DNA of 64,000 bases from an uncultured Acidobacteriota bacterium (GTDB lineage: Bacteria > Acidobacteriota > Thermoanaerobaculia > Multivoradales > JAHEKO01). The notes beneath the pieces are model-generated. The model did no database searches and was not told the origin of the DNA. It saw nothing but the letters and a program-made list of their open reading frames with translations. The DNA lies in assembly GCA_963713825.1 (NCBI GenBank), contig CAVQNG010000025.1, forward strand, positions 864,001 through 928,000. The letters are read 5' to 3'. Made by a program: the position numbers and the translations under genes. Below are positions 1-10,585 of this stretch, piece by piece (position 1 is the first letter of the stretch; every line of letters begins with the position of its first letter).

Positions 1-804
1 CAGCAGCTCGTAGACGGCCCCCTCGATCTCGGCCTCCGAGACGAGCTCGATGCCATCGACCAGTCGACGGATGATGGGGAAGGTCAAATCGCCGGGCTTC
101 TTGAGGGTGATGCCCTCGGCGATCGTCGGTGTGACCTCCGAGGAGCGCCACTCTCCGGCGTCGAAGCTCTGCTTCATGGCGGGCGCTGCCTCACTCTGCA
201 CACCGTAGATCTCGACATCAGGTCGTTGTGCCTTGACGGCGGTAGCGATACCGGAGATCAGCCCGCCACCGCCGATGGGTGAGACGATGGCTTCCAAGTC
301 GGGAACCTGCTCGAGAATCTCGAGGCCGACGGTACCTTGACCCGCGATCACGGCCGCATCGTCGAAGGGGTGCACGAACGTCATGCCCCTCTGCTCCTCG
401 AGCTCGCGGGCTCGCCCCAGCGACTCATCCAGGTTCTGACCATGCAGTTCGACGCTGGCCCCGAGCTCCTGTGTACGAGTGATCTTGACCAGAGGTGTGC
501 TTTCCGGCATCACGATCAGTGCATCGACTCCGACCACCCCGGCCGCATAGGCCAAGCCCTGGGCATGATTGCCAGCCGAAGCGGCAATGACACCTCTCGA
601 TCGCTCCTCCTGGTTGAGCGTGAGAATGCGGTTCAAGGCTCCCCGGGGTTTGAAGGAACCAGTGCGCTGCAGTGTCTCGTACTTGAGAAACAGGTGGACG
701 CCGCACCGTTCCGAGAGGGCCTCGGACTCGAGGCAGGGTGTCTCCTTGATGGCTCCCTCCGAGAGTCGGGAGCGAGCGTCGAGAATATGGCGGAGCTCGA
801 TCAT
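1..804 (-). CDS. PLP-dependent threonine/serine ammonia-lyase (dehydratase); 3' end runs off the window
   Basis: Missing from the ORF track because it is truncated. Manual translation from the ATG at 804 gives MIELRHILDARSRL...LFLKYETLQRTGSFKPRGALN...ASAGNHAQG...SPIGGGGLISG, the standard fold-type II dehydratase motifs. Confidence 0.92.
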   Translation of the reverse strand, partial: MIELRHILDARSRLSEGAIKETPCLESEALSERCGVHLFLKYETLQRTGSFKPRGALNRILTLNQEERSRGVIAASAGNHAQGLAYAAGVVGVDALIVMPESTPLVKITRTQELGASVELHGQNLDESLGRARELEEQRGMTFVHPFDDAAVIAGQGTVGLEILEQVPDLEAIVSPIGGGGLISGIATAVKAQRPDVEIYGVQSEAAPAMKQSFDAGEWRSSEVTPTIAEGITLKKPGDLTFPIIRRLVDGIELVSEAEIEGAVYELL

Positions 805-892
805 GGCAAATCTCACAGTTCTCAGTTTCCCCGGTGGGGCAGAATCAGCAATACTGGAAACGTATCAGACCGCCCCGGAAGGAACGCAATCG

Positions 893-2749
893 ATGCTCCG
901 AGTCCAACCACGCCGACGATTCGACTGGCTGCTGGGTGGCTTCCTACTTTTGGCAGTGCCGTGTGTCTCCTGGGCGGGGGTTCATACGCCGCTGGGCACC
1001 CAGGGCCCACTGACCTTTCCGATTCAGGCTCCTGGCGAGTGCTTCAACTGCCACGCAGACTACGACCCGGATCACATAGAGCCTTGGGATACCTGGGCCG
1101 GATCCATGATGGCGAACGCAGCTCGGGATCCGATCTTCTGGGCTGCCGTAGACGTGGCCAATCATGATGGAGCCGAGTTGGGGTTCGAGGGTGTGGGCGA
1201 GTTCTGCTTACGGTGCCACACACCATCGGGTTGGCTCGCGGGCCGAGCGAATGCGGGCAGCGGAGCCGATCCTGTCGGTGACGCGGATGGTTGTGGCTTG
1301 TCTGGTGATCTCGATGGGACCGACAACGACTTCTCCGGTCTCACCTGCCACTTCTGCCACCGAATGCAGATCAACGCCGATCCACCGGCCGGGCAGGATT
1401 CGGTCTATCTGGAGAATGCAAGTTTCTGGATCGACGACGAAATCTGCCCCACGACGATGCCCCCGGCACAAGAGCCCTGCCGTGCAGGTCCCTACAACTA
1501 CGACGGGTTGCCGCACCACTCCCTGCCGATGCACGAGTGGGCGTACTCCCAGTACGAAGTGAGCAACGACCTCTGCGGCAACTGTCACAACGTCACCAGC
1601 CCGTTGCTCAACCTGAAGGACGAGAGTGGCCAGGACACGGGAGTGCCCTTTCCGATCGAGCGCACCTTCAAGGAGTGGCAACAGAGCGCCCTGGGTGACA
1701 CGGGATCGCCGCAGTTCGAGAACTGCTCGGCGTGCCACATGCCCGATGCGACCCAGGATCCGGCTTGTGCATCGAGTCAGTGTCGGAACAACCGGACCGG
1801 AGACATGCCAATTCATCAGCTGGCGGGGGGCAACGCCTGGATCCCGCAGGTTCTCAAAGGGGAATATGGAGTCGGTCTCGATCGCGATGCCAGCTTCGAC
1901 GCTACAACGGAATGGGCTCTGGACCTCCTGCAGAACCAGTCGGCCGGTGTCGATGTCTCCGTGCCGACCGTGGTCGGGGCTGGCGAGGAGCTCGATTTCG
2001 TAGTCCGAGTCACCAATCTCACCGGCCACAAGCTGCCGACCGGCTACGGCGAGGGGCGCCGGATGTGGTTGCATGTGGTCATCCGGGACGGGGAGGGCAG
2101 TGAGATCTGGGAAAGCGGTGCCTGGAGCCCGAGCACCGGGGAGCTGAGCCGGGACGATCAGTTGCAGATCTACGAGGTGCGGCAAGGCATCTGGAACTAC
2201 AACGGAACCGGCGGATGTGACGTGGAGTCCGCCGCCACGGGCCACCACCTGTTCCACTTCGTGAAGAACGACTGTGTGGCGCTGGACAATCGAATTCCTC
2301 CGCTGGGATTCACCGGCGCGACCGATCTCGAGACCCAGCCAGTCGGATACGCCTACCCTGAGACCGCTCCCGGCTCCGGAATCCTGGTCAACTACGATGA
2401 CGTGGGTTACAAGGTGACGGTGCCTGAGTCGACTCCGTCGCCTGTGAGTGTGGAAGCGACCTTGCGGTACCAGACTGCCAGCAAGGAGTACATCGAATTT
2501 CTCCGCGACGAGGCGATTGACAACGACTTTCCCGACGATTGCATCCCTGGCAGCGGGGCCCAGGCTCTGGGCCTGAGCCGGGGAGAGTACCTCTATACAC
2601 TCTGGAACGATCCCAGCTACGGTCGGTCGCCGCCGGTCGACATGGCTGCCGATAGCGCTGCGGTGGAAGTGGTCGATGAGATCTTCGCTGATGGTTTCGA
2701 GAGCGGAGACTCCAGCGCCTGGAGCTCGTCGGTGCCCTTCAGTCCGTGA
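893..2749 (+). CDS. Secreted multiheme (5 x CxxCH) c-type cytochrome with C-terminal Ig-like region and IFADGFESG tail
   Basis: Heme motifs CFNCH, CLRCH, CHFCH, CGNCH, CSACH. A signal peptide follows the ATG at 893 (MLRVQPRRRFDWLLGGFLLLAV...). The ORF-track start at 569 overlaps the opposite-strand dehydratase. Confidence 0.88.
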   Translation: MLRVQPRRRFDWLLGGFLLLAVPCVSWAGVHTPLGTQGPLTFPIQAPGECFNCHADYDPDHIEPWDTWAGSMMANAARDPIFWAAVDVANHDGAELGFEGVGEFCLRCHTPSGWLAGRANAGSGADPVGDADGCGLSGDLDGTDNDFSGLTCHFCHRMQINADPPAGQDSVYLENASFWIDDEICPTTMPPAQEPCRAGPYNYDGLPHHSLPMHEWAYSQYEVSNDLCGNCHNVTSPLLNLKDESGQDTGVPFPIERTFKEWQQSALGDTGSPQFENCSACHMPDATQDPACASSQCRNNRTGDMPIHQLAGGNAWIPQVLKGEYGVGLDRDASFDATTEWALDLLQNQSAGVDVSVPTVVGAGEELDFVVRVTNLTGHKLPTGYGEGRRMWLHVVIRDGEGSEIWESGAWSPSTGELSRDDQLQIYEVRQGIWNYNGTGGCDVESAATGHHLFHFVKNDCVALDNRIPPLGFTGATDLETQPVGYAYPETAPGSGILVNYDDVGYKVTVPESTPSPVSVEATLRYQTASKEYIEFLRDEAIDNDFPDDCIPGSGAQALGLSRGEYLYTLWNDPSYGRSPPVDMAADSAAVEVVDEIFADGFESGDSSAWSSSVPFSP

Positions 2750-2752
2750 CCT

Positions 2753-4402
2753 TCAACCGCTCGAAGCGAACGCGGCTTCGACAATCGACCGGGCTTCGGA
2801 CTGGATGCGTTCCAGGTGGTCCTGCCCCAGAAAGCTCTCGGCGTAGATCTTGTAGACCTCCTCGGTTCCCGAGGGTCGGGCGGCGAACCAGCCGTTGTGT
2901 GCCACTACCTTGAGACCACCGATCGGAGCGTCGTTGCCGGGTGCGTGGGTCAGGATGGCCTCGATGGGCTCGCCGGCCAATTCGTTTGCCGCGATTTGAT
3001 TCGGTGAGAGGTTCTTCAGGGCTTCTTTCTGCTCTGGTGTGGCAGGTGCGTCGATGCGTTCGTAGATCGGCTCGCCGAACTGCTCGGTGAGCTTCCCGTA
3101 GTACTCGCCAGGGTCCCGACCGCTTCTGGCCATGATCTCGGCGGCGAGCAAGTCGAGAATGAAGCCGTCCTTGTCGGTGGTCCAGACCTTGCCGTCAAAC
3201 CTCAGGAACGAGGCACCCGCGCTCTCTTCGCCGCCGAAGCCATAGCTGCCGTCCAGCAGTCCGTTGACGAACCATTTGAAGCCGACGGGCACCTCCTTCA
3301 GGGTCCTACCCAGGTGGGCCGTCAGCCGATCGATGATGCTGCTGCTGACCAGGGTCTTTCCCACGGCTGCCGTCGAGGGCCAGTCGGGGCGGTTCTGGAA
3401 CAGGTAGTCAATGGCGACTGCCAGGTAGTGGTTGGGATTCATCAGGCCGGCGCCTGGCGTCACGATGCCGTGACGATCGAAGTCGGGGTCATTCCCGAAG
3501 GCGATATCGAATCGGTCTTTCAGATCGATGAGCCCCGCCATGGCCGAGGGTGACGAGCAGTCCATCCGGATCTTGCCGTCGCGGTCCACCCGCATGAAGC
3601 GAAAAGTGGGGTCCACGTCTGGATTGACCACTGCGAGGTCCAACCCATATCGCTCCGCGATGGGCTCCCAGTAAGCGACCCCTGAGCCACCCATCGGGTC
3701 GGTACCGATCTTCAGTCCGGACAATCGGATAGCCTCCATATCCACCACGGTTCCCAGGTCGCCGACATAGCTCTCGATGTAGTCGTGCTCCTGAATGTTG
3801 GCTCTGGCCCTGGCCGTCTCGAAGGCGACGCGCTGGACCCCTCGGTTGCCTCCCCGCATGAGCTCGTTTGCTCGATCGGCGATCCAGCTGGTGACCTGGG
3901 TATCGGCAGGACCGCCATGAGGCGGGTTGTACTTGAAGCCGCCGTCGTCCGGCGGATTGTGCGAGGGAGTGATCACGATGCCGTCGGCGAGACCGCTCTG
4001 ACGATCTCGATTGTGGGTCAAGATGGCGTGCGAGATGACCGGAGTCGGCGTGTAGCCCTCATCCCGTGCCACACGAACCTCCACGTCGTTGGCGGCCAGA
4101 ACCTCCAGTGCCGTCATCTGTGCGGGGGTCGACAGGGCATGGGTGTCGCGGCCCAGGAAGAGGGGCCCGTCGATGCCCTGGAGGCGCCGATACTCGGCAA
4201 TAGCCTGGCTGATGGCCAGGATGTGGGCCTCATTGAAGCTGTGTCGCAGCGAGGAGCCCCGGTGTCCTGACGTCCCGAAGGCCACGAGCTGCCCGGCCGA
4301 GGCTGGGTCGGGTCGGTAGGAGTAGTAGGCGGCGATCAGTGATGGAACATCCACCAGCAGCGAAGCTGGTGCCGGCTGGCCGGCAAGATCATGCAATGAC
4401 AC
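2753..4402 (-). CDS. pgm: Phosphoglucomutase (alpha-D-glucose-1,6-bisphosphate dependent)
   Basis: FGTSGHRG, catalytic TPSHNP, metal-binding DPDFDR, GEESAG and ARPSGTE motifs. Confidence 0.97.
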   Translation of the reverse strand: MSLHDLAGQPAPASLLVDVPSLIAAYYSYRPDPASAGQLVAFGTSGHRGSSLRHSFNEAHILAISQAIAEYRRLQGIDGPLFLGRDTHALSTPAQMTALEVLAANDVEVRVARDEGYTPTPVISHAILTHNRDRQSGLADGIVITPSHNPPDDGGFKYNPPHGGPADTQVTSWIADRANELMRGGNRGVQRVAFETARARANIQEHDYIESYVGDLGTVVDMEAIRLSGLKIGTDPMGGSGVAYWEPIAERYGLDLAVVNPDVDPTFRFMRVDRDGKIRMDCSSPSAMAGLIDLKDRFDIAFGNDPDFDRHGIVTPGAGLMNPNHYLAVAIDYLFQNRPDWPSTAAVGKTLVSSSIIDRLTAHLGRTLKEVPVGFKWFVNGLLDGSYGFGGEESAGASFLRFDGKVWTTDKDGFILDLLAAEIMARSGRDPGEYYGKLTEQFGEPIYERIDAPATPEQKEALKNLSPNQIAANELAGEPIEAILTHAPGNDAPIGGLKVVAHNGWFAARPSGTEEVYKIYAESFLGQDHLERIQSEARSIVEAAFASSG

Positions 4403-4531
4403 AGGGAATCCTCCCTAGAGCGTGCGCTCATGTCGATGAAGTAATAAACTAGTGGCAACCGCTCGTTGATTCAACTCAATGCCAACGGAACTCGTGACAA
4501 AAGGGAATCTGTCATCTTTGGAGGTGCTCGA

Positions 4532-5020
4532 ATGAAACCGAATCTGAAGCTCTATGTCGTGTTGGTCGTCTTTGCTCTTATGGCGATGCCCAGTCTGGCC
4601 CAGAAGACCCCACCCAGCATGGTCGCCGCCTACGACTCGCTGGCCACGATCATTCTGAGCGTACCGCAAGCCGAGGAGGACCTGGTCAGAGCGATTCTGG
4701 ACGGTCACTATCACGGTGCCAAGGCCTATATGAAGCAGGGCATGTACAACGAAGCCGCCGCGGAGATGGCGTTGTTCGCCAGCGAGGGTGACAACGCGGT
4801 GGCGGGAATCCGCAAAAGATTGGTCGAAGGTGGGCACCACCACAACGCGGCTGGTGAAGAGCAAGGCATCTATGAAGAAGGCTATGTGTTGGTGACCCGG
4901 GAGGCCAAGAAGGAAATGTTGGCTGCCTCGACGGCCTTGCGTCAAGCCAAGGATGATGTCGCACGGGAGGCAGCCTGGAAAGAGTTTGCCGCCTTTGCCG
5001 AGGAAACCCTGGCTGAGTAA
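4532..5020 (+). CDS. Secreted hypothetical protein, helical, with GGHHHN motif
   Basis: GGAGG RBS before the ATG at 4532; signal peptide MKPNLKLYVVLVVFALMAMPSLA. Confidence 0.75.
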   Translation: MKPNLKLYVVLVVFALMAMPSLAQKTPPSMVAAYDSLATIILSVPQAEEDLVRAILDGHYHGAKAYMKQGMYNEAAAEMALFASEGDNAVAGIRKRLVEGGHHHNAAGEEQGIYEEGYVLVTREAKKEMLAASTALRQAKDDVAREAAWKEFAAFAEETLAE

Positions 5021-5044
5021 GGCCGGCATCCCAAGCAAGCAGTA

Positions 5045-6658
5045 GTGCAGAGACTCATCGTATTGGTGGCGGTGACGATCCCGACCATCGCGTCTGGATC
5101 GTCGCCGCCCTATTTCGTCGATATCGCCGCCGAGGCTGGTGTCGTTGCGCCGACCTGGTGCGGCCGCGACGACAAACCCCACATCATGGAGTCGAACGGC
5201 ACCGGGCTCGGTCTGGTCGACTACGACTCCGATGGTGATCTGGACCTCTACCTCGTGAACGGCTGGCGTCTGGAGGGCGAGGAGATTGCCGAGCGTGGTC
5301 GGGACGTCTTGTATCGCAATGAGGGCCATGGCCAATTCCTGGATGTCACCGCAGCCGCCGGGTTGGGCTCGGACGCCTGGGGTTCCGGAATGGCGACCGG
5401 AGACGCCAACGGCGACGGGTTGGTGGACCTTTTTGTGACCAACTTCGGAACAGACGTCCTGTATCTCAACCGCGGCGACGGCACCTTCGAAGAGCACTCG
5501 GAGTCACCGAACCTGGAGGGCTGGTCGGCCGGGGCGGTCTTCTTCGATGCGGACGGCGACGGGGACGAAGACCTCTATGTGGGTGGATACATCGACTGCA
5601 CGCTGCAGGAAGTCCTCGAAGAAAAGCCCAGCCTGGTCTGGGAGGGCATCAATGTGATGCTCGGGCCCTTCGGACTCGAGGGGCTCGGCAACAAGTTCTT
5701 CAGGAATCAGGGTGGCGGCAAGTTCGAGGAAGCGACCGAAGAGGTGGGCCTCGAGGACGTCGGGCTGTTCTACACCTTCGGCATCCTCGCTGCGGACCTC
5801 GACGGCGATCTGGACCTGGATATCTACGCGGCGAACGATTCCAATCCCAACTACCTCTACAGCAACGACGGTGGTGTGTTTCAGGAAGTCGGTTTGTGGA
5901 GCGGTGCGGCCCTGGACGAGGGCGGCGCCGCCCAGGCTGGCATGGGGCTCGCCGCCGGGGATATCGAGAGCGACGGTCTGGTCGATCTGTTGGTCACGAA
6001 CTTTCAGCAGGACATGTCGACGCTATACCGCAACCTGGGGGAGATGATTTTCGAGGATGTCACCCGCAGCGTGCAGCTCGGCGGACCGACGTTCTCGCTG
6101 CTTTCCTGGGGAACGACCCTGTCGGATCTCGACCAGGATGGCGACCTGGATATCTTCGTGGCCAACGGCCACATCTATCCTCAAGCGGATCTCGTTGCCG
6201 ACAAGGTCGGCGGTGGCTTTCGGCAGCCCAACCTTCTGCTCGTCGACCAGGACGGGACCCTGGTCGATGTCTCCTCCGAGGCGGGCCCTGGTCTCGCCGT
6301 CGAAGAAGTGAGCCATGGAGTGGCGGTCGGCGATATCGACTTCGATGGCGACTTGGACATAGCCATTTCCAATGTCGACGAACCCCCGACGCTGCTGAGA
6401 AACGACACCGAGGAGCCGGGCGCCTTCTTGCTCGTCGATGCACCCCTGGCCGTGCGAGTGGAGGCCGTACATGGGGAAGAAAAGTGGATCCGGCATCGGG
6501 TGATCGGCGGGTCCTTCCTGTCGGTTAGCGATCGACGTTTCCACTTCGGTTTCGGCGCGGCGCGACAACTGGACGATCTGACGCTCATCTGGCCAGACGG
6601 CTTCCAGCGCAGACTGCTCGACGTCCCTATGAACCACACCCTCAAGCTCGAACGGTGA
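5045..6658 (+). CDS. CRTAC1-family protein (FG-GAP/VCBS repeats plus ASPIC/UnbV C-terminus)
   Basis: Repeated DxDxDGDLDL motifs, AQAGMG, and C-terminal GGSFLS...HFGFG...IWPDG; N-terminal signal peptide. Confidence 0.9.
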   Translation: MQRLIVLVAVTIPTIASGSSPPYFVDIAAEAGVVAPTWCGRDDKPHIMESNGTGLGLVDYDSDGDLDLYLVNGWRLEGEEIAERGRDVLYRNEGHGQFLDVTAAAGLGSDAWGSGMATGDANGDGLVDLFVTNFGTDVLYLNRGDGTFEEHSESPNLEGWSAGAVFFDADGDGDEDLYVGGYIDCTLQEVLEEKPSLVWEGINVMLGPFGLEGLGNKFFRNQGGGKFEEATEEVGLEDVGLFYTFGILAADLDGDLDLDIYAANDSNPNYLYSNDGGVFQEVGLWSGAALDEGGAAQAGMGLAAGDIESDGLVDLLVTNFQQDMSTLYRNLGEMIFEDVTRSVQLGGPTFSLLSWGTTLSDLDQDGDLDIFVANGHIYPQADLVADKVGGGFRQPNLLLVDQDGTLVDVSSEAGPGLAVEEVSHGVAVGDIDFDGDLDIAISNVDEPPTLLRNDTEEPGAFLLVDAPLAVRVEAVHGEEKWIRHRVIGGSFLSVSDRRFHFGFGAARQLDDLTLIWPDGFQRRLLDVPMNHTLKLER

Positions 6659-6691
6659 GCCCAGGCGCGAGCCCGGCTGATTCGGCATTTC

Positions 6692-6707
6692 TGGTACGGC
6701 GATTGCT
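6692..6707 (+). promoter_or_regulatory. Putative sigma54 (-24/-12) promoter for the ABC/MoxR/Bat operon
   Basis: TGGTAC-GGCGA-TTGCT matches TGGCAC-N5-TTGCW with one mismatch and correct GG-to-GC spacing. It is intergenic, about 130 nt upstream of the ABC ATPase. Confidence 0.7.
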
Positions 6708-6836
6708 ATTAGAAGTCAGGTGAGGTGCCGCCGGGGCCTGAGAAGAGGCGCCAGCGCGCCTCAACAGGTCATTTTGGCGCGTCGCGGGAGCGACAGGGAT
6801 CCCTTGTGGCACTTGTGATCGCTGGCCATACGAGAG

Positions 6837-7796
6837 GTGAACATGGAGGGGAACTCGAAACAAAGTGCGGGCGAGCTGCTGATCGGGGTGCAGGGTCTGG
6901 TCAAGCACTACGGCCCGATTCGGGCCGTCGACGGCATCAGCTTCGAGGTCCGCAGAGGCGATGTGCTGGGCTTTCTGGGTCCGAATGGGGCGGGAAAGAC
7001 CACCGCCATGAAGATGATCACCGGTTTCGTGGAGCCCGATCGGGGCCGGGTGATCGTTGCCGGTCATGACCTTGCCCATGAATCGTTGGAAGCGCGTCGC
7101 AAGATGGGCTACCTACCCGAGACCGCGCCGGCCTACGGTGAAATGACGGTGGCTGGCTTTCTCGAGTTCATCGCTGAGGCTCGCGGGGTGGGCAACGTCG
7201 CTGCAGCCCTGGACAGAGTGATCGAGGCGGCTGCCTTGGGTCGTGTCGTTCATCAGACGATCGAAACGCTGTCGAAAGGATTTCAGCGGCGGGTGAGCTT
7301 GGCCCAGGCGCTGATCCACGACCCGGAAGTGCTGATTCTCGATGAGCCGACTGACGGCCTCGACCCCAATCAGAAGGCGGTTGTTCAGGAGCTCATCGCC
7401 GGTCTGTCAAAGGGTAGGGCGATCGTTTTGTCGACCCATATCCTCGATGAAGCGGAAAGAGTCTGCAATCGGGCCCTGGTCATTTCCGAGGGCAAGATCC
7501 TGGTGGACTCCACCCCCGAGGCGCTGATCTCCAGGGCTCCCAATCACAACGTCATGCGACTCGTGCTGGACTCGAGTGCGGTTCCTGATCTGCTCACTTC
7601 TCTGGAGGGGAAGCTCTGGTGCGACCGGGTGGAACGGCTCTCCGAGACGACCATCGATGTCTATCCGCAGCATGGCGAGAATCACCTCGGGGAGATGATG
7701 GAGCTGACCGCGAGCCTGGAAATTCACAGCATTCATCTGCAGGAGGGGCGCTTGAACGAGCTCTTTCGCGACATCACTCGAGGGGTGGAGGCATGA
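6837..7796 (+). CDS. ABC transporter ATP-binding protein (GldA-like)
   Basis: Walker A GPNGAGKTT, signature LSKGFQRR, Walker B ILDEPT, H-loop STH. Confidence 0.95.
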   Translation: MNMEGNSKQSAGELLIGVQGLVKHYGPIRAVDGISFEVRRGDVLGFLGPNGAGKTTAMKMITGFVEPDRGRVIVAGHDLAHESLEARRKMGYLPETAPAYGEMTVAGFLEFIAEARGVGNVAAALDRVIEAAALGRVVHQTIETLSKGFQRRVSLAQALIHDPEVLILDEPTDGLDPNQKAVVQELIAGLSKGRAIVLSTHILDEAERVCNRALVISEGKILVDSTPEALISRAPNHNVMRLVLDSSAVPDLLTSLEGKLWCDRVERLSETTIDVYPQHGENHLGEMMELTASLEIHSIHLQEGRLNELFRDITRGVEA

Positions 7797-8542
7797 GGCG
7801 CTTCACCGGCATGAAGCCGGTTTTTCGGCGAGAGTTCAAGGCTTATTTTTCTTCACCCCTGGGTTACGTCTACATCGTCATCTTTCTGGTGGCGAGCGGT
7901 TTTCTGACGCTGTCGAGGGATTTCGGGCGCCTGTTGGAGCTCCGTCAGACCGACCTGACGCCTTTCTTCAACTACCTGCCATGGCTCTTCGTGGTCCTGG
8001 TGCCGGCGGTAGCCATGCGTCTGTGGGCTGAGGAGCGCAAGTCTGGAACCGTGGAGCTGCTGTTGACCCTGCCGATCACACTGGAAGGCGCCTATCTCGG
8101 CAAGTTCCTCGCAGGTTGGAGCTTCCTGGGAGTTTCCCTGCTCCTTACTTGGCCCGTGGTCTTTCAGGCGGCACGTCTCGGAGACCCCGATTGGGGCGTC
8201 GTTCTGAGCGGTTACCTGGCCTCGTTTCTGACAGCTGGAGCCTTCCTCGCGGTCGGCATGTTGTTCTCGGCGCTGAGTCGCAATCAGGTGGTGGCCTTCA
8301 TCTTGGCCGTCGCCGCCTCGGTCGCTTTTCTCCTGCTCGGCCTGCCACAGACCCTCGAGACGATAGGCAACCTGCTGGGAGGCTACGTGGGGCAGCTGTT
8401 CGCCAGCATCAGTCTGGTCGACCATTTCGAAGCGATGAGCCGAGGGCTGATCGAACTGCGATCGCTGGTCTTCTTCCTTCTGTTCACCGTCGGTTGGCTG
8501 GCCAGCGGAATGCTGGTTCTGGACCGCACTCGGGCATCGTAG
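7793..8542 (+). CDS. ABC-2 permease (GldF-like)
   Basis: ATGA overlap with the ATPase; REFKAYFSSPLGY and AMRLWAEERKSGTVELLLTLP motifs; about 6 TM segments. Confidence 0.92.
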   Translation: MRRFTGMKPVFRREFKAYFSSPLGYVYIVIFLVASGFLTLSRDFGRLLELRQTDLTPFFNYLPWLFVVLVPAVAMRLWAEERKSGTVELLLTLPITLEGAYLGKFLAGWSFLGVSLLLTWPVVFQAARLGDPDWGVVLSGYLASFLTAGAFLAVGMLFSALSRNQVVAFILAVAASVAFLLLGLPQTLETIGNLLGGYVGQLFASISLVDHFEAMSRGLIELRSLVFFLLFTVGWLASGMLVLDRTRAS

Positions 8543-8557
8543 GTGGGGAGCGGCGAC

Positions 8558-10582
8558 ATGTGGAACAGCAGGTTATTGACCATCGTACTGATCGGGCTGA
8601 CGACCCTGTTCGCGAATCATCTGGCCTTCCGCGCTCTGGAGGGTAGCCGGTTCGACGTCACGGCGGACGGTCTGTACTCCCTGAGCGACGGTAGCAAGGA
8701 CATTCTGCAGAGGATGATCGAAGAAGGCGTCAAACCGATCGAGATCGACCTCTTCTTCTCGGAGACGACGGGAAAGACGCTGCCTCGCTTCATCAAGAAT
8801 TTCGTTACCTATGAGCGCTACCTGCGGAGCCTGCTGAAGGAATACGAGAGGGCTTCGGAGGGCCGGATTCAGGTGCGCTTCATCGATCCGGTGACGGACA
8901 GCGACGAGGCCGAGGACGCTCTGGACTTCGGGCTCGATGGCAAAGCGATCAACCAGGAGGGCGACCTCTTTTTCTTTGGCCTGGTCTTTCAGACCCAGAC
9001 CGGGAGTCGGGATGTGATCGACTTCCTGTGGCCCAATCAGCAGGAGACCATCGAGTACGAGATCTCCAAGAAGATCCACTCATTGCTGTGGCCCTCCGGC
9101 AAGACGATCGGCATCCTGTCGTCTCTGGAGGTCTTTGGCGGCGCCAACAATCCGTACATGGCGCAAATGCTGGCCGCCCAGGGCCGCACACCGCCCGAAA
9201 AGTGGATCGCCGTCCAGGTGTTGGAAGAGTCGTACCAGGTGCGACCGATCGATACCGGCACGGACCACATTTCACCAGACGAGTTCGACCTGGTTGTTGT
9301 CATCCACCCCAAAGGCCTGAGCACCAGGACTCTCTGGGCACTCGACGAGTGGGTCGTCCGGGGAGGCAACACGATGGTCTTTCTGGACCCCTATGCCCTG
9401 GACGACCGGCCGCCGGAGAACCCTCAACAGCCCTGGCAGAGCCTGCAGTACCGACCCGCCTCCGACTTGGCGGATCTCTTGGCAGCCTGGGGTCTTCGCA
9501 TGCCCGCAGATCAGTTTGCGGCCGACCTCGAGCTGGCTGTCAGGCGGGCGGTGGGCCCGCGAGGTCCTGCGGAGACCGTGGTGGTCGACCTCGCCATGGA
9601 GGAAGCCGATCGGCAAGCAACCATGGACACCTCTCACCCGATTCTCCAGGGAATCTCGAGTTTGCGGTTTCTCTTGGCCGGTGCTCTGGAACCGACAGGG
9701 CGGGAAGGAGTAGCGACGTCACGGTTGGTTGGGACGACCGAGAGCGGCGGCAAACTCGACATCGAGCCCGGCTTCGGGGATGGCGACGCTCTGGCCTACA
9801 CCGACTTGAACAGTCCATCCCGGTTGCGCGATGCGTTGGTGCCCGGCGATGGCGTGGTCGCTCTGGGCTATCAGGTCAGCGGCCGTATCGCCTCGGCCTT
9901 TCCACAGGGGGTCGAGTTTCCGGCGCAGGAGCCCGAGACCCCTCCGGGTCTGCCTCCGGGAGTGGAGATTCCGCCGCCTGCCGACGCCGAGATGATCCGC
10001 CGGGAACCGGTACCCGAGTCCGAGCGCGGGGAGGCTACAGTGCTGGTTTTCTCGGACGTCGACGTATTGTCGGACGCCATCGCTTTCGAACGCAATTTCC
10101 TGGGACTGGTGATGAGCGCCAACGACAACCACAAGTTGCTCCTGAACAGCGTCGATTTCCTTCTGGGCGCCAGGGAGCTGATGGCCGTCAGGGCGAAACA
10201 GTCGATCACCCGCCCCTTCGTTCTGTTCGACGAGATCGAGGCCACGGCCGAGAAAGAGACGCTCGATCGAGAACGGCAGCTGAGGGCGGATGTCGAGGCG
10301 GCAGAGGTGGAGCTGCGGGCGAAACAGCAGGAGCTCAGTGGCAACAACGCGGCACTCTTCCAGAAGCGCCTGCAGGACGAAGTGGACCGACTCAACGAGA
10401 CGGTTCAAGAGGGCAATCGCGAGTTGAGAGAAATCCGCCAAGCGAGGCGTGAAGCATTGCAGAAGGAGGAGGCCAAGGTTCGCAGGTCGGTGCTGGGCTG
10501 GATGCCGACTCTGGTACTGGTCGTTGGCCTGACACTGGCTGTGCGCCGACGCAGGAAGCACGTTCAGGCCCTGGGGAGGTAA
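8558..10582 (+). CDS. GldG-like ABC auxiliary/solute-binding component
   Basis: N-terminal TM, RFDVTADGLYSLS, IEYEISKKI, GGNTMVFLDP, a coiled coil and a C-terminal TM. Confidence 0.88.
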   Translation: MWNSRLLTIVLIGLTTLFANHLAFRALEGSRFDVTADGLYSLSDGSKDILQRMIEEGVKPIEIDLFFSETTGKTLPRFIKNFVTYERYLRSLLKEYERASEGRIQVRFIDPVTDSDEAEDALDFGLDGKAINQEGDLFFFGLVFQTQTGSRDVIDFLWPNQQETIEYEISKKIHSLLWPSGKTIGILSSLEVFGGANNPYMAQMLAAQGRTPPEKWIAVQVLEESYQVRPIDTGTDHISPDEFDLVVVIHPKGLSTRTLWALDEWVVRGGNTMVFLDPYALDDRPPENPQQPWQSLQYRPASDLADLLAAWGLRMPADQFAADLELAVRRAVGPRGPAETVVVDLAMEEADRQATMDTSHPILQGISSLRFLLAGALEPTGREGVATSRLVGTTESGGKLDIEPGFGDGDALAYTDLNSPSRLRDALVPGDGVVALGYQVSGRIASAFPQGVEFPAQEPETPPGLPPGVEIPPPADAEMIRREPVPESERGEATVLVFSDVDVLSDAIAFERNFLGLVMSANDNHKLLLNSVDFLLGARELMAVRAKQSITRPFVLFDEIEATAEKETLDRERQLRADVEAAEVELRAKQQELSGNNAALFQKRLQDEVDRLNETVQEGNRELREIRQARREALQKEEAKVRRSVLGWMPTLVLVVGLTLAVRRRRKHVQALGR

Positions 10583-10585
10583 AGG

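Noticed and set aside
337-1167. 276 aa + strand ORF, and the 569 start of the cytochrome ORF
   Set aside because: Both overlap the minus-strand dehydratase, which has clear motifs. The cytochrome signal peptide begins at 893.
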